DNA of 64,000 nt from an uncultured Fidelibacterota bacterium (GCA_902526795.1 CABZMF010000001.1:71458-135457), one strand, 5' to 3'; counted from the stretch's first letter, positions 9,789 to 19,278 are shown. Program-made: numbers and translations. The notes: generated by a model not told the origin, from the sequence alone.

Positions 9789-10841
9789 ATGATAGAAAAA
9801 AAGAAAAAATATAAGCTAAGCGATTTTAGGTACCAGCTCCCTAAAAAATTTATTGCGCAAAAACCTAAACGAAAAAGAGATGGCGCAAAGATGATGGTCT
9901 TAAACAGAGAAGACAAGTCAATAAAACACAAAAAGTTTTCTGATATATCTGAATATTTTAAAAAAAACGACTTACTAATTCTGAACGATACTAAAGTTTT
10001 CCCTGCAAAGTTATATGCCACAAAAGATAGAACTGATGCTAAAGTCGAAATATTTCTTTTAAGAGAGCTTGGTGATCGTTTATGGGAAGTTTTGGTAAAA
10101 CCAGCAAGAAAAGTTAGAATTGGAAACAAGCTTATTCTTTCTGAAAGCCTATTTTGTGATGTTATTGATAATACGGTTTCAGGAGGAAGAGTTGTACGTT
10201 TTGAATTTGATAAAGGAAACTTTGATAATATTCTAGATAATCTTGGTCATCCACCTCTTCCTCCATACATTGAAAGGCCTATAGTACCCAGCGATAAAGA
10301 AAGATATCAAACTGTTTATGCTGAAAAGAGAGGAGCAGTGGCAGCACCGATTGCTGGTCTTCACTTCACTCCACAATTACTTAAAAATCTTAAGAAAAAG
10401 GGTGTGAATATTTATTATATCACCCTTCATATTGGATTGGGGACTTTTAAACCAGTACAAGTTGAAGACTTAAACAGACATCATATGGATTCTGAATATT
10501 TTGAAGTTTCTCCAAGTACGGCAGTTGCAATAAATGAAGCCAAAAGAAAAAGAAGAAGAATTTTTGCCGTTGGTACATCAACAGTTAGAGCTTTAGAAAC
10601 AGTGAATGTTTCAGGTTTTCAAATATCACCAAAAAAAGGATGGACAAATAAATTTATTCATCCTCCTCATGATTTTAAAATAGTTGATGGGTTGATTACT
10701 AACTTTCATCAACCAGAGAGCACCTTATTAATGCTCACCTCTGCTTTTGGAGGTTACAAGTTTATTAAGGATGCTTACTCTACAGCAAAAAAGAAAAATT
10801 ACAGATTTTTGAGCTATGGTGATTCAATGTTAATAACTTAA
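9789..10841 (+). CDS. queA: tRNA preQ1(34) S-adenosylmethionine ribosyltransferase-isomerase
   Basis: 350 aa. LSDFRYQLP N-terminus, PLPPYI, AAPIAGLHFT, VGTSTVRALE, NFHQPESTLLML motifs. GAGGAG Shine-Dalgarno upstream. Confidence 0.95.
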   Translation: MIEKKKKYKLSDFRYQLPKKFIAQKPKRKRDGAKMMVLNREDKSIKHKKFSDISEYFKKNDLLILNDTKVFPAKLYATKDRTDAKVEIFLLRELGDRLWEVLVKPARKVRIGNKLILSESLFCDVIDNTVSGGRVVRFEFDKGNFDNILDNLGHPPLPPYIERPIVPSDKERYQTVYAEKRGAVAAPIAGLHFTPQLLKNLKKKGVNIYYITLHIGLGTFKPVQVEDLNRHHMDSEYFEVSPSTAVAINEAKRKRRRIFAVGTSTVRALETVNVSGFQISPKKGWTNKFIHPPHDFKIVDGLITNFHQPESTLLMLTSAFGGYKFIKDAYSTAKKKNYRFLSYGDSMLIT

Positions 10842-10842
10842 A

Positions 10843-11982
10843 ATGAAGAACTATGCTATTATATTAGGAGCTGGATCAGGTAGTAGGTTTGGCTCTTACA
10901 AACAAGTAGAAGAAATTAATAGTAAACCAGTATATTTATACTCGCTTGATGCATTTATAAATACCGAGCTTTTTTCATCAATTTTTTTAGTTGTTCCTAA
11001 AAAATTAATAAAACTTATAAATGAGCAATTACAATCGCCAAAATATAATAGTGTAATAATATGTGAGGGTGGAAGTTCAAGGTCAAAATCAGTCTATAAT
11101 GCTTTTAGCAAAATATCTGAAGAAAACAGCAAAATATTTATACACGATGCAGTCAGGCCACTCATAGATGAAAAATTGATTTTAGAACTCCATAGATTTT
11201 CCGAACATAGAAAAGCGACAGTCTTGGCAAAAAAAATTACTGAAACAGTCAAATCTGTTAAAGATGAAAAGTTAGAGCTCACTGTTGATAGAGAAAACCT
11301 TTGGATTGCAGAAACTCCTCAAGTTTTCGATAGTATCGTGTTGAATGAAATATACAAAAAAAAACTACCAATAATTCATGAATACACAGATGAATCAGCT
11401 ATTGTTGAAGATTGTGGGATAAATGTAGACATTTATGAAAATAAAAGTGTAAACACAAAAATCACTTCTAAAGAAGATTTCACAATGATTTCTAAATTAT
11501 TAACAAAAGATATTTTTTATGGTATAGGCATAGATTTCCATTCTTTAGAGGATGGGAATGGAGTTATTATTGGAGGTATTAAGGTTCCTTGTAATTTAAA
11601 ATCTATTGCGCACTCTGATGGAGATGTTTTGACTCATGCAATTATTGACGCAATATCTGGCGCACTAAATTTAGGAGATATAGGAACTCACTTTCCAAAC
11701 ACCCCAGAATTCAAAGACATATCAAGTATTGATCTGCTTAAAAAAATACTTTTATTAGTTCCTAAAAACATTAGCATTATCAACATTGATGCAACCGTTG
11801 TATTAGATAGTCCTAAAATTTCTACAATTAAACCTAAAATTGCATCAAAACTAGCAGGAATTTTAAATATACAAAGTGAAAAAATTTCAATTAAAGCAAT
11901 AACAAGAAATGGATTAAGCTTTGTAGATATGAAGAATGGATGGGGAGCAGAAGTAATTATTACACTAAAAAAATGGAATTAA
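10843..11982 (+). CDS. ispDF: Bifunctional 2-C-methyl-D-erythritol 4-phosphate cytidylyltransferase / MEcPP synthase (IspD-IspF fusion)
   Basis: 379 aa. N-terminal IspD motif (AIILGAGSGSRFG...HDAVRP) and C-terminal IspF motifs (GIGIDFHSL; HSDGDVLTHAIIDA). Confidence 0.9.
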   Translation: MKNYAIILGAGSGSRFGSYKQVEEINSKPVYLYSLDAFINTELFSSIFLVVPKKLIKLINEQLQSPKYNSVIICEGGSSRSKSVYNAFSKISEENSKIFIHDAVRPLIDEKLILELHRFSEHRKATVLAKKITETVKSVKDEKLELTVDRENLWIAETPQVFDSIVLNEIYKKKLPIIHEYTDESAIVEDCGINVDIYENKSVNTKITSKEDFTMISKLLTKDIFYGIGIDFHSLEDGNGVIIGGIKVPCNLKSIAHSDGDVLTHAIIDAISGALNLGDIGTHFPNTPEFKDISSIDLLKKILLLVPKNISIINIDATVVLDSPKISTIKPKIASKLAGILNIQSEKISIKAITRNGLSFVDMKNGWGAEVIITLKKWN

Positions 11983-12809
11983 AATCTACAGCTAAAATTA
12001 ATATTGGTTTACATGTTCATAATAAAAGAAAAGATGGCTTCCATAATATTTCAACTATTTTTCAAGAAGTTAATTTTTTTGATGAAATTAATATTATTGA
12101 AGCTAAAAACTTTTCATGTAAGACAAACATAAAGCAAATAAAAGAAGAAGATAATTTTGCTACAAAAGCATTTCATTTAATTAAATCTAAATTCCCAAGC
12201 ATACCAAATGTTAATATTTCAATAAAAAAAAATATACCCATAAATGCAGGGCTTGGAGGTGGATCGAGTAACGGAACAACCGTCTTGAAAGGATTAAATG
12301 AACTTTTCGATTTATCCTTAAAAGATTATGATCTTGTAAATTTTGCAAGAAGGGTTAGCTCAGATTCAACTTTTTTTGTTAAAGGAGGATTACAATTCGG
12401 TCAACAAAGGGGAGAAAAGCTTACTCCGATTATTAGTTCAACACTTCCTAAGCATATTTTACTTGTTCACCCAAAAATAAAAATCAGCACTAACGATGCT
12501 TTTGATCAATTAAAAAACCATTTGTTAAATGAAAATAAGGACATTAACTTGTCCGACTTATTAGAAGAATTAAAAAATAATAATTTTGATTCTAAGCTAT
12601 TTAAAAATGATTTTGAGATGTATGTTTTTGAAACACATCCAGAAATTGGCGCTATTAAATTAAAAATTTTGGATTTAGGTGCAAAATATGCCAGTTTGTC
12701 GGGTACGGGTTCGACTGTGTTTGGAATATTTTCTTCAAAAAAAGATGTGCTTCAAGCACAATCTTTCCTCAGTCGCCAATACTCAACTTACTATGTAAAT
12801 CCAATATAA
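11973..12809 (+). CDS. ispE: 4-diphosphocytidyl-2-C-methyl-D-erythritol kinase
   Basis: GHMP-kinase motif PINAGLGGGSSNG; N-terminus MELKSTAKINIGLHV fits IspE. I prefer the ATG at 11973 over the track start at 11940, which runs 43 nt into ispDF. Confidence 0.85.
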   Translation: MELKSTAKINIGLHVHNKRKDGFHNISTIFQEVNFFDEINIIEAKNFSCKTNIKQIKEEDNFATKAFHLIKSKFPSIPNVNISIKKNIPINAGLGGGSSNGTTVLKGLNELFDLSLKDYDLVNFARRVSSDSTFFVKGGLQFGQQRGEKLTPIISSTLPKHILLVHPKIKISTNDAFDQLKNHLLNENKDINLSDLLEELKNNNFDSKLFKNDFEMYVFETHPEIGAIKLKILDLGAKYASLSGTGSTVFGIFSSKKDVLQAQSFLSRQYSTYYVNPI

Positions 12810-12812
12810 TTT

Positions 12813-12884
12813 TGGGGAGTCGTCTAATTGGCAGGACACCTGGTTTTGGTCCAGGCAGTCGGGGTTCGAGTCCCTGCTCCCCAA
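12813..12884 (+). tRNA. tRNA-Gln (anticodon TTG)
   Basis: Hand-folded 72-nt cloverleaf: acceptor TGGGGAG/CTCCCCA with U1-A72 as in bacterial tRNA-Gln, D stem GTCT/GGAC, anticodon stem CCTGG/CCAGG with loop TTTTGGT, T arm CGGGG-TTCGAGT-CCCTG, discriminator A. No CCA is encoded. Confidence 0.9.
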
Positions 12885-12891
12885 CAAATTT

Positions 12892-13854
12892 ATGGGTAAA
12901 TATGTAAAAAAAATATTTGCAGGATCTAGCAATCCGCTACTCGCAACAAAAATTGCGAGTCTTTGTGGCACGTCCTTGGGTGAATTATCTATAAGGCGTT
13001 TTACAGATGGAGAAATCTGGGTAAAATATGAAGAAAACTTAAGAGGAAATGATGTATTTATAGTACAATCAACAAATCCTCCTTCAGACAATATTGTTGA
13101 ATTAGCTCTACTAATCGATGCCGCAAAAAGGGCAAGCGCTCAAAGAATAAATGTTATTATGCCATATTTTGGCTATTCCAGGCAGGACAGAAAAGATGAA
13201 CCTAGAGTTCCTATTTCTGCAAAATTGATGATGGATATTTTTATTAAAGCTGGGGCGGATAGGATTGTGACAATGGATTTACATTCAACTCAAATTCAAG
13301 GTTTTTCATCTAAACCAGTTGATAACATTTATGGTAGTCTTGTTTTGATGCCAGAACTTGAAAAGCACTTTAAAAACCTATCGAAAGAAGATAATCTTAC
13401 GGTGTTAATTCCCGATATGGGGTCTAGCAAGCTAGGTCAATCGTATGCGAGAAGGCTTGGCATGAGTTTTGCACTAATTGATAAAAGAAGAAATGCACAT
13501 AATAAATCAGAAGTAGTATCAGTTGTAGGTGAATTGAAGAATCAACATATTTTAATTGTCGATGATATGATTGATACAGCAGGTACAATTTCTAATGCTG
13601 TTAATGTAGCTGAAGAAAAGGGAGCATTATCTGTCACAGTTGCAGCAACACACGGAATTTTATCTAGTAATGCACTTGACAAGTTATCGGATGATATTAT
13701 TGATTCGATTTTTATAACAGATACAGTGGACATGTCACATATAGAAAATTGTAAAAAATTAAAAACTATTTCATCCGCAAGAATTTTTGCAGAAACAATT
13801 AATAGGATTCATAGTGGTGAATCCGTAAGCCAACTATTTAGGAAAGTAACATGA
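12892..13854 (+). CDS. prs: Ribose-phosphate pyrophosphokinase (PRPP synthetase)
   Basis: 320 aa. RFTDGEIWV, YFGYSRQDRK, DLHSTQIQGF and PRPP-binding loop ILIVDDMIDTAGT. Confidence 0.95.
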   Translation: MGKYVKKIFAGSSNPLLATKIASLCGTSLGELSIRRFTDGEIWVKYEENLRGNDVFIVQSTNPPSDNIVELALLIDAAKRASAQRINVIMPYFGYSRQDRKDEPRVPISAKLMMDIFIKAGADRIVTMDLHSTQIQGFSSKPVDNIYGSLVLMPELEKHFKNLSKEDNLTVLIPDMGSSKLGQSYARRLGMSFALIDKRRNAHNKSEVVSVVGELKNQHILIVDDMIDTAGTISNAVNVAEEKGALSVTVAATHGILSSNALDKLSDDIIDSIFITDTVDMSHIENCKKLKTISSARIFAETINRIHSGESVSQLFRKVT

Positions 13855-14549
13855 GTAAATTTGAAAAATTAAATGTAGATATAAGAAAGGAAAACGGTAC
13901 ATCAGCAGCTAGAAGAACCAGGTTACAGAATAAAGTACCTGGGGTAGTATATCATTCTGGAGTTGAAGGAATTCCTTTATCTATTGAAAAAAATAGTTTA
14001 AACAAAGCCTTGAAAACTGGTCAAATGATTTTTGAAATTAATGTTGGGGATGAAGATCAATTTGTATTGGTCAAAGAAATCCAATATCATCCAGTAACAG
14101 ATGATATCATTCATATTGATTTCCAGAAAGTAAAGGAAGATGAAAAAATATCTCTAGATGTGGCTGTGAGAAGCGTTGGAGATGCTCAAGGGGTAAAACT
14201 TGGGGGAATTCTTGTTCAAATGTTGAACTCTGTTTCAGTGAAATGTAAACCTTCTGAAATCCCAGAGTATTTAGAAATTGATGTTACGGAAATGGCAATG
14301 AATACAAATCTTTTTGTAAAAGATATTAGTTTACCAGATGACGTAGAAATTTTGACTGCAGAAGATATAGCTGTTATTTCTGTTCAAGAGCCTAAAGAAG
14401 AAAAAGAAGAAGTTGTTGAAATGATAGAAGAAGTAGCAGTAGATGAAGCCTCATCAGATGAAGTCGAGTCTGAGACTGAACAATCTTCAGATAGTCCCGA
14501 AGATAAAAGTTCAGAAGTAGATAAAGGTGAATCTGGAGATGAATCATAA
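13851..14549 (+). CDS. rplY: 50S ribosomal protein L25 / general stress protein Ctc form, with an acidic C-terminal tail
   Basis: 232 aa. N-terminal L25 fold motifs (RRTRLQNKVPGVVYH...IQYHPVTDDIIHIDF) and a Ctc-type second domain, then ~50 aa rich in E/D/S. Lies in the canonical prs-rplY-pth context. Confidence 0.85.
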   Translation: MSKFEKLNVDIRKENGTSAARRTRLQNKVPGVVYHSGVEGIPLSIEKNSLNKALKTGQMIFEINVGDEDQFVLVKEIQYHPVTDDIIHIDFQKVKEDEKISLDVAVRSVGDAQGVKLGGILVQMLNSVSVKCKPSEIPEYLEIDVTEMAMNTNLFVKDISLPDDVEILTAEDIAVISVQEPKEEKEEVVEMIEEVAVDEASSDEVESETEQSSDSPEDKSSEVDKGESGDES

Positions 14550-15118
14550 TGACTATTTTTTTTGGATTAGGAAACCATGAAACTAAATACCATAATACCA
14601 AACATAATGTTGGTTATTGGGTGTTAGATAGCTTTGCTAAAAAGTACGGAATTGATTTCAAACCTGGTAAAGGCAATTATTTTGTTGCAAAGAAAGATTC
14701 AAGCTTTATGTTAATTAAGCCAACTACTGGAATGAATAATAGCGGTGCTATCATTAATGAGGTTTTAAATTTCTACAAACTAAAGAAAGAGAACCTCGTA
14801 ATCATTTTTGATGATGTTGACCTCCCATTGGGTGAAATAAGGTTTCGTACTGATGGAGGTGACGGCTGCCATAACGGAATGAAATCTATTCTAAAACATA
14901 TTTCAGATGATAAAATCAAAAGGTTAAAAGTAGGCATTGCAGCAGCAGATTATAGGAGGCCATCAGAGAAGTATGTTTTAAAACCATTTAATAAGCGTTA
15001 TCAATCACTTGTTAAAGATGTAGTATCTTTTGCAAATGAAGCAATGCAATCATTTTTAGATAATGGAGAAGAATTCACAATGAATAATTATAATAATCAA
15101 ACTGTAGGAGAGGCATAG
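14549..15118 (+). CDS. pth: Peptidyl-tRNA hydrolase
   Basis: 189 aa. [22 protein letters not shown] and [13 protein letters not shown] motifs. Start overlaps the rplY stop (TAATG). Ends with TAG. Confidence 0.9.
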   Translation: MTIFFGLGNHETKYHNTKHNVGYWVLDSFAKKYGIDFKPGKGNYFVAKKDSSFMLIKPTTGMNNSGAIINEVLNFYKLKKENLVIIFDDVDLPLGEIRFRTDGGDGCHNGMKSILKHISDDKIKRLKVGIAAADYRRPSEKYVLKPFNKRYQSLVKDVVSFANEAMQSFLDNGEEFTMNNYNNQTVGEA

Positions 15119-17157
15119 TGGAAAACCTATTTTATTTAATACCTTTGTCAGGGCTATTGGCAGTTATATTTGGATTAATAAGAAGTAAATGGATATCTAA
15201 ACAGAATCCAGGCAACGAAAAAATGCAAGAAATTGGACTGGCAATCCGTGAAGGAGCGACAGCTTTTCTCGTTCGAGAATACAAAGTACTAACTGTGTTC
15301 GTTTTAACGGTAGCTGCATTACTGTATTTGGTTAACATGTCATCAAACACCACAGAGGTTGCTTTATCTTTTATTGTTGGTGCAATTTGTAGTGGTTTAG
15401 CCGGAGCCTTAGGAATGCGAGTTGCCACGTTAGCTAATCATCGAACTACAGAAGCCGCAAGATCTAGCCTAAGCAAAGCACTGAGTGTTGCTTTTAGTGG
15501 TGGTGTGGTTATGGGAATGAATGTTGTAGGGTTAGGTATTCTTGGTCTTTCGTTATTATTTTTCATATATGGTGGGATGAATACAACACCAGATTTCACT
15601 CTAGTTATGACCAAAGTATCTGGCTTTGCTATGGGTGCCTCATCGATTGCTCTCTTTGCTCGTGTGGGTGGAGGAATTTATACAAAAGCAGCAGATGTGG
15701 GAGCAGATTTAGTTGGAAAAGTTGAAGCAGGTATTCCTGAAGATGATCCAAGAAATCCAGCAACAATTGCTGATAATGTGGGTGATAATGTAGGTGATGT
15801 AGCAGGCATGGGTGCAGACTTATTTGAATCTTACGTTGGATCAATGATTGGAGCAATGGTTTTAGCTGCTACAGCAGGAGAGAAAAGTTTAGTTTTTTTA
15901 CCTCTATTTTTAGCTGCTGCAGGGATCTTAGTTTCAATTTTTGGAACTTTTTTTGTTAAAACAAAAGAGGGAGGTAATCCCCAAACAGCACTTAACATAG
16001 GTGTATTTGGCTCAGGTGCTGTTATGACAGTTGTTAGCTATTTTTTAATTGGTGAACTTATAAGGGTTCCAGTATCTTTAGCAGAGGGGTATCAAACCGT
16101 TGTTGCACTAGATCTATTTTTAGCTACAGTTGTTGGTTTATTATCTGGTATTTTGATTGGAGTATTAACAGAATATTATACCTCTGACCACCAGAAACCT
16201 TCGCAAGATGTTGCTGCAGCTAGTGAAACTGGTTCTGCAACAAATATTATTTCAGGGCTTGCTAATGGAATGTTTTCTACAGCACTTCCTGTTTTAGTTA
16301 TCGCTTTATCTATTTTAGGAGCATATCATTTTGCACACTTATATGGTATAGCTTTAGCTGCTCTAGGAATGCTATCAACAATTGGAATTCAATTAGCTGT
16401 AGATGCATATGGGCCAATTGCTGATAATGCAGGAGGTATTGCTGAAATGGCTGAACTTCCGAAAGAAGTTCGTGAAAGAACTGATAAGTTAGATGCTGTT
16501 GGTAATACCACCGCAGCCATTGGTAAAGGATTTGCAATTGGATCTGCCGCATTAACTTCATTAGCATTATTTGCAGCATTCAGAGAAACTGTTGGTGGAT
16601 TAACTTTAGATATTAATAATCCGACCGTTATGGCAGGATTACTTATTGGATCCTCATTACCATTTGTCTTCTCGGCTTTAGCTATGCAAGCAGTTGGAGA
16701 TGCAGCTTTTGAAATGATTGAAGAAGTAAGAAGACAATTTAGAGAAATTAAAGGATTGTTAGATGGTAAGGCAAAAGCAGATTATGCGAAATGTGTAGAC
16801 ATTGCAACAACAGCGGCAATTAATAAAATGGTTTTACCTGGTGCTTTAGCAGTGTTCACACCAATTTTGTTTGGATTGGTCTTAGGTCAAAAAGAAATGC
16901 TAGGTGGAATATTAGCTGGAGTCACAGTAACCGGAGTATTGTTGGCTATTTTTATGTCCAACGCTGGAGGATCATGGGACAATGCAAAAAAATATATTGA
17001 ATCAGGACATCATGGTGGGAAAGGTAGCACTGCTCATAAAGCCGCAGTTGTAGGTGATACAGTAGGTGATCCATTCAAGGATACAGCGGGACCATCATTA
17101 AATATTTTAATTAAACTAATATCGGTGGTATCACTTGTTATTGCACCACTTTTATAA
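15118..17157 (+). CDS. hppA: Membrane-integral K+-dependent-type pyrophosphate-energised cation pump (H+/Na+-PPase)
   Basis: 679 aa, polytopic, GTG start overlapping the pth stop (TAGTG). Motifs [59 protein letters not shown]. Confidence 0.95.
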   Translation: MENLFYLIPLSGLLAVIFGLIRSKWISKQNPGNEKMQEIGLAIREGATAFLVREYKVLTVFVLTVAALLYLVNMSSNTTEVALSFIVGAICSGLAGALGMRVATLANHRTTEAARSSLSKALSVAFSGGVVMGMNVVGLGILGLSLLFFIYGGMNTTPDFTLVMTKVSGFAMGASSIALFARVGGGIYTKAADVGADLVGKVEAGIPEDDPRNPATIADNVGDNVGDVAGMGADLFESYVGSMIGAMVLAATAGEKSLVFLPLFLAAAGILVSIFGTFFVKTKEGGNPQTALNIGVFGSGAVMTVVSYFLIGELIRVPVSLAEGYQTVVALDLFLATVVGLLSGILIGVLTEYYTSDHQKPSQDVAAASETGSATNIISGLANGMFSTALPVLVIALSILGAYHFAHLYGIALAALGMLSTIGIQLAVDAYGPIADNAGGIAEMAELPKEVRERTDKLDAVGNTTAAIGKGFAIGSAALTSLALFAAFRETVGGLTLDINNPTVMAGLLIGSSLPFVFSALAMQAVGDAAFEMIEEVRRQFREIKGLLDGKAKADYAKCVDIATTAAINKMVLPGALAVFTPILFGLVLGQKEMLGGILAGVTVTGVLLAIFMSNAGGSWDNAKKYIESGHHGGKGSTAHKAAVVGDTVGDPFKDTAGPSLNILIKLISVVSLVIAPLL

Positions 17158-17522
17158 TGGAGAAGTTAATGAATTACTATGAAGTACTATACATATTAAA
17201 CCCTAACTACAGCAAAGATCAAATTTCAGGAGCTATGAATGAGATTTCAGATTTTGTCAAAAAGAAAAAACATGCTATTATTAACCATGATTTTTGGGGT
17301 AAAAAACAATTAGCATACAACGTCAAAAAACACAAGTATGGAAATTATATTTTGCTAAATACTGAATTTCAAGATACTAGTTTTGTGAATGAGTTTAAGG
17401 TTTTTTTGAACTTAAATAAGGAAGTCATGAAGTATATGATTATTAAGCTTGATGAAAAACCTTCGCTAGATGTTAAAAATGAAGAAAATGCCGAAGAAAA
17501 TATTAAACAGGAGGACAATTAA
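17157..17522 (+). CDS. rpsF: 30S ribosomal protein S6
   Basis: 121 aa. [12 protein letters not shown]-terminus and an acidic C-terminal tail; rpsF-rpsR-rplI order. ATG overlaps the hppA stop (TAATG). Confidence 0.9.
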   Translation: MEKLMNYYEVLYILNPNYSKDQISGAMNEISDFVKKKKHAIINHDFWGKKQLAYNVKKHKYGNYILLNTEFQDTSFVNEFKVFLNLNKEVMKYMIIKLDEKPSLDVKNEENAEENIKQEDN

Positions 17523-17746
17523 TGTTATCAAGTAGAAAAAAATCCTGTTATTTTAAAAGAAATAATATTAAGGATATTGATTATAAAGATGTTAAGCTTT
17601 TAAATAAGTTTATAAATGATCAGGGTAAGATTACTCCAAGAAGAGTAACTGGCACAAGTAGCAAAATGCACAGGAAGCTTGTATTAGCAATTAAAAGGGC
17701 GAGGAATATTGCATTACTTCCATTTTCTTCAGTTGATAGGGATTAA
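17522..17746 (+). CDS. rpsR: 30S ribosomal protein S18
   Basis: 74 aa. [50 protein letters not shown] is a typical S18 sequence. Confidence 0.93.
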   Translation: MLSSRKKSCYFKRNNIKDIDYKDVKLLNKFINDQGKITPRRVTGTSSKMHRKLVLAIKRARNIALLPFSSVDRD

Positions 17747-17748
17747 TT

Positions 17749-18195
17749 ATGAAAGTTATTTTAAAAGAAGATGTCCATAATTTAGGTCAACGAGGAGATG
17801 TCATTGAAGTAAAAGCTGGGTATGCTAGAAATTATTTAATGCCAAAAAAGCTTGCTATTCTTTTTACACTTAAACAGAAAAAGAGTTTTGATGAGCTTAG
17901 CAGAATTGAAAAGAGAAAAATCGAAAGACAAAAAGATAATCTTGAATCAGTTTTAAAAGAATTAAAAGGTCTTAATCTTTCTTTAAAAATGAAATCAGAA
18001 GAAGGTAAAAAACTTTTTGGGTCAGTGACTAAAATTGATATTGTTAATCTCTTAGAGAAAAATGGCATTAATATTGATAAAAAATATATTAGTCTTTCTT
18101 CTCCAATAAAAACATTAGGAGAGCATAAAATTGATGTCGTATTTACAAGCGAACTCTCTGGAATTATCAATTTACTTATTGAAAAAGAAGACTAA
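17749..18195 (+). CDS. rplI: 50S ribosomal protein L9
   Basis: 148 aa. MKVILKEDVHNLGQRGDVIEVKAGYARNYLMPKKLA is the typical L9 N-domain. Confidence 0.93.
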   Translation: MKVILKEDVHNLGQRGDVIEVKAGYARNYLMPKKLAILFTLKQKKSFDELSRIEKRKIERQKDNLESVLKELKGLNLSLKMKSEEGKKLFGSVTKIDIVNLLEKNGINIDKKYISLSSPIKTLGEHKIDVVFTSELSGIINLLIEKED

Positions 18196-18623
18196 GCTCG
18201 CACTGATTTTATAATCTTTTTTTGTGAATCACATTTTTTACAAAAAATTATCATATCTTTATATTCAGATTCTTGATGCTTGCAATCATCACTATCTTGA
18301 CAGCCATAAATATATTTATAAACATGTTTAACATCTTTTTCAATAGTGTTTGAAGATTTACGAAGCCAGTTTCTGAAAAAAGCCTTATAGTCTTTTTTGC
18401 GCTTTTGATTCGCTTTTAGCCAATCAAGCATTTTTAAAAGTTCAAATTCTACATCAAGCGTTGGAAATTTTTTAGACCATTCATCTAAGTTTATTTTAAT
18501 ATCATCAATCTGTTTTTTTTTACTAGGAAGCTTTCTTTTACTTATTGGATCGAGTTTATCTATTCTATCCTCAAGTGATTTAATTCTATTTAATAGTTGA
18601 TCTATATCTATTTTTTTGTTCAT
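18192..18623 (-). CDS. Hypothetical protein: N-terminal coiled coil, basic central region, C-terminal 4-Cys zinc-ribbon-like motif
   Basis: 143-aa ORF with no family I recognise. C-terminal CQDSDDC...CKKC (CX5C-X14-CX2C). Its stop overlaps the rplI stop convergently. Divergent from the Lrp-family gene. Confidence 0.4.
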   Translation of the reverse strand: MNKKIDIDQLLNRIKSLEDRIDKLDPISKRKLPSKKKQIDDIKINLDEWSKKFPTLDVEFELLKMLDWLKANQKRKKDYKAFFRNWLRKSSNTIEKDVKHVYKYIYGCQDSDDCKHQESEYKDMIIFCKKCDSQKKIIKSVRA

Positions 18624-18720
18624 AACTACTTATTTTGTAAAACATTAATTCATTAACTATATTAAAAGCTGTGATAACGGATTATTAATTTATTTATAAT
18701 TTCAATTAATAACTTCAATT

Positions 18721-19185
18721 ATGATAGATAAAATTGACATATCAATACTAGATATAATTCAAAATAAAGGTAGAATTTCAGCTAGCGAGATTGCCAAGGA
18801 TGTAAACCTTTCAGTGCCTGCAGTTGGAGAAAGAATTAAAAAACTATCAGAAAAAGGGTTAATCAAAAAGTTCGTTGCAATATTAGATCACAAAAAAGCC
18901 GGACTTGACTTAACAGCATTTGTCTTTATTGTTAGTGAACATTCTGATCATTATGAAAAATTTGTTGAGAAAGCAAATAAATGTAAGGCTGTGATGGAAT
19001 GCCACTCAATCACAGGAGGAGGTTCACATATTTTAAAAGTAAGGGTAGAAAATTCTCAAGCCCTTGAAGATTTACTTTATGATATTCAAAACTGGCCTGG
19101 AGTTTCAAGAACACAATCTAATTTAGTTCTTTCGACATATAAAGAAGAATCATCAATCGACCTAAATATTTTAGGTAAAAAATAA
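18721..19185 (+). CDS. Lrp/AsnC-family transcriptional regulator
   Basis: 154 aa. N-terminal HTH (DISILDIIQNKGRISASEIAKDVNLSVPAVGERIKKLSEKGLIKKF) and a C-terminal RAM/AsnC_trans_reg domain. Confidence 0.9.
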   Translation: MIDKIDISILDIIQNKGRISASEIAKDVNLSVPAVGERIKKLSEKGLIKKFVAILDHKKAGLDLTAFVFIVSEHSDHYEKFVEKANKCKAVMECHSITGGGSHILKVRVENSQALEDLLYDIQNWPGVSRTQSNLVLSTYKEESSIDLNILGKK

Positions 19186-19278
19186 TATTTATATAATTAA
19201 TTAATTTATTTTATCTACTTTTATGAATATATTTTTTGATGGCTAATCAGTTAAAAAATTTTTAGAAAGGGCATTATA

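Noticed and set aside
9680-10129. 149-aa minus-strand ORF spanning the ruvB/queA junction
   Set aside because: It is antisense to two strongly supported genes. It is F/S/L-rich with no start context, which is the typical shadow frame of an AT-rich sequence.
12783-13091. 102-aa minus-strand ORF
   Set aside because: It runs through the tRNA-Gln gene and the 5' end of prs on the opposite strand, which is incompatible with both well-supported features.
15629-16579. Q/L/H-rich minus-strand ORFs (15629-15856, 16310-16579) inside hppA
   Set aside because: These are shadow frames of the Gly/Ala-rich pyrophosphatase gene, with repetitive low-complexity translations.
19186-19278. Glutamine riboswitch (glnA RNA motif) upstream of the GSII gene
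   Set aside because: The 93-nt spacer is almost pure A/T and lacks the conserved G/C-rich core segments (GGAAGUAGG-type) that I recall for that motif. It contains only a Shine-Dalgarno-like AAAGGG.
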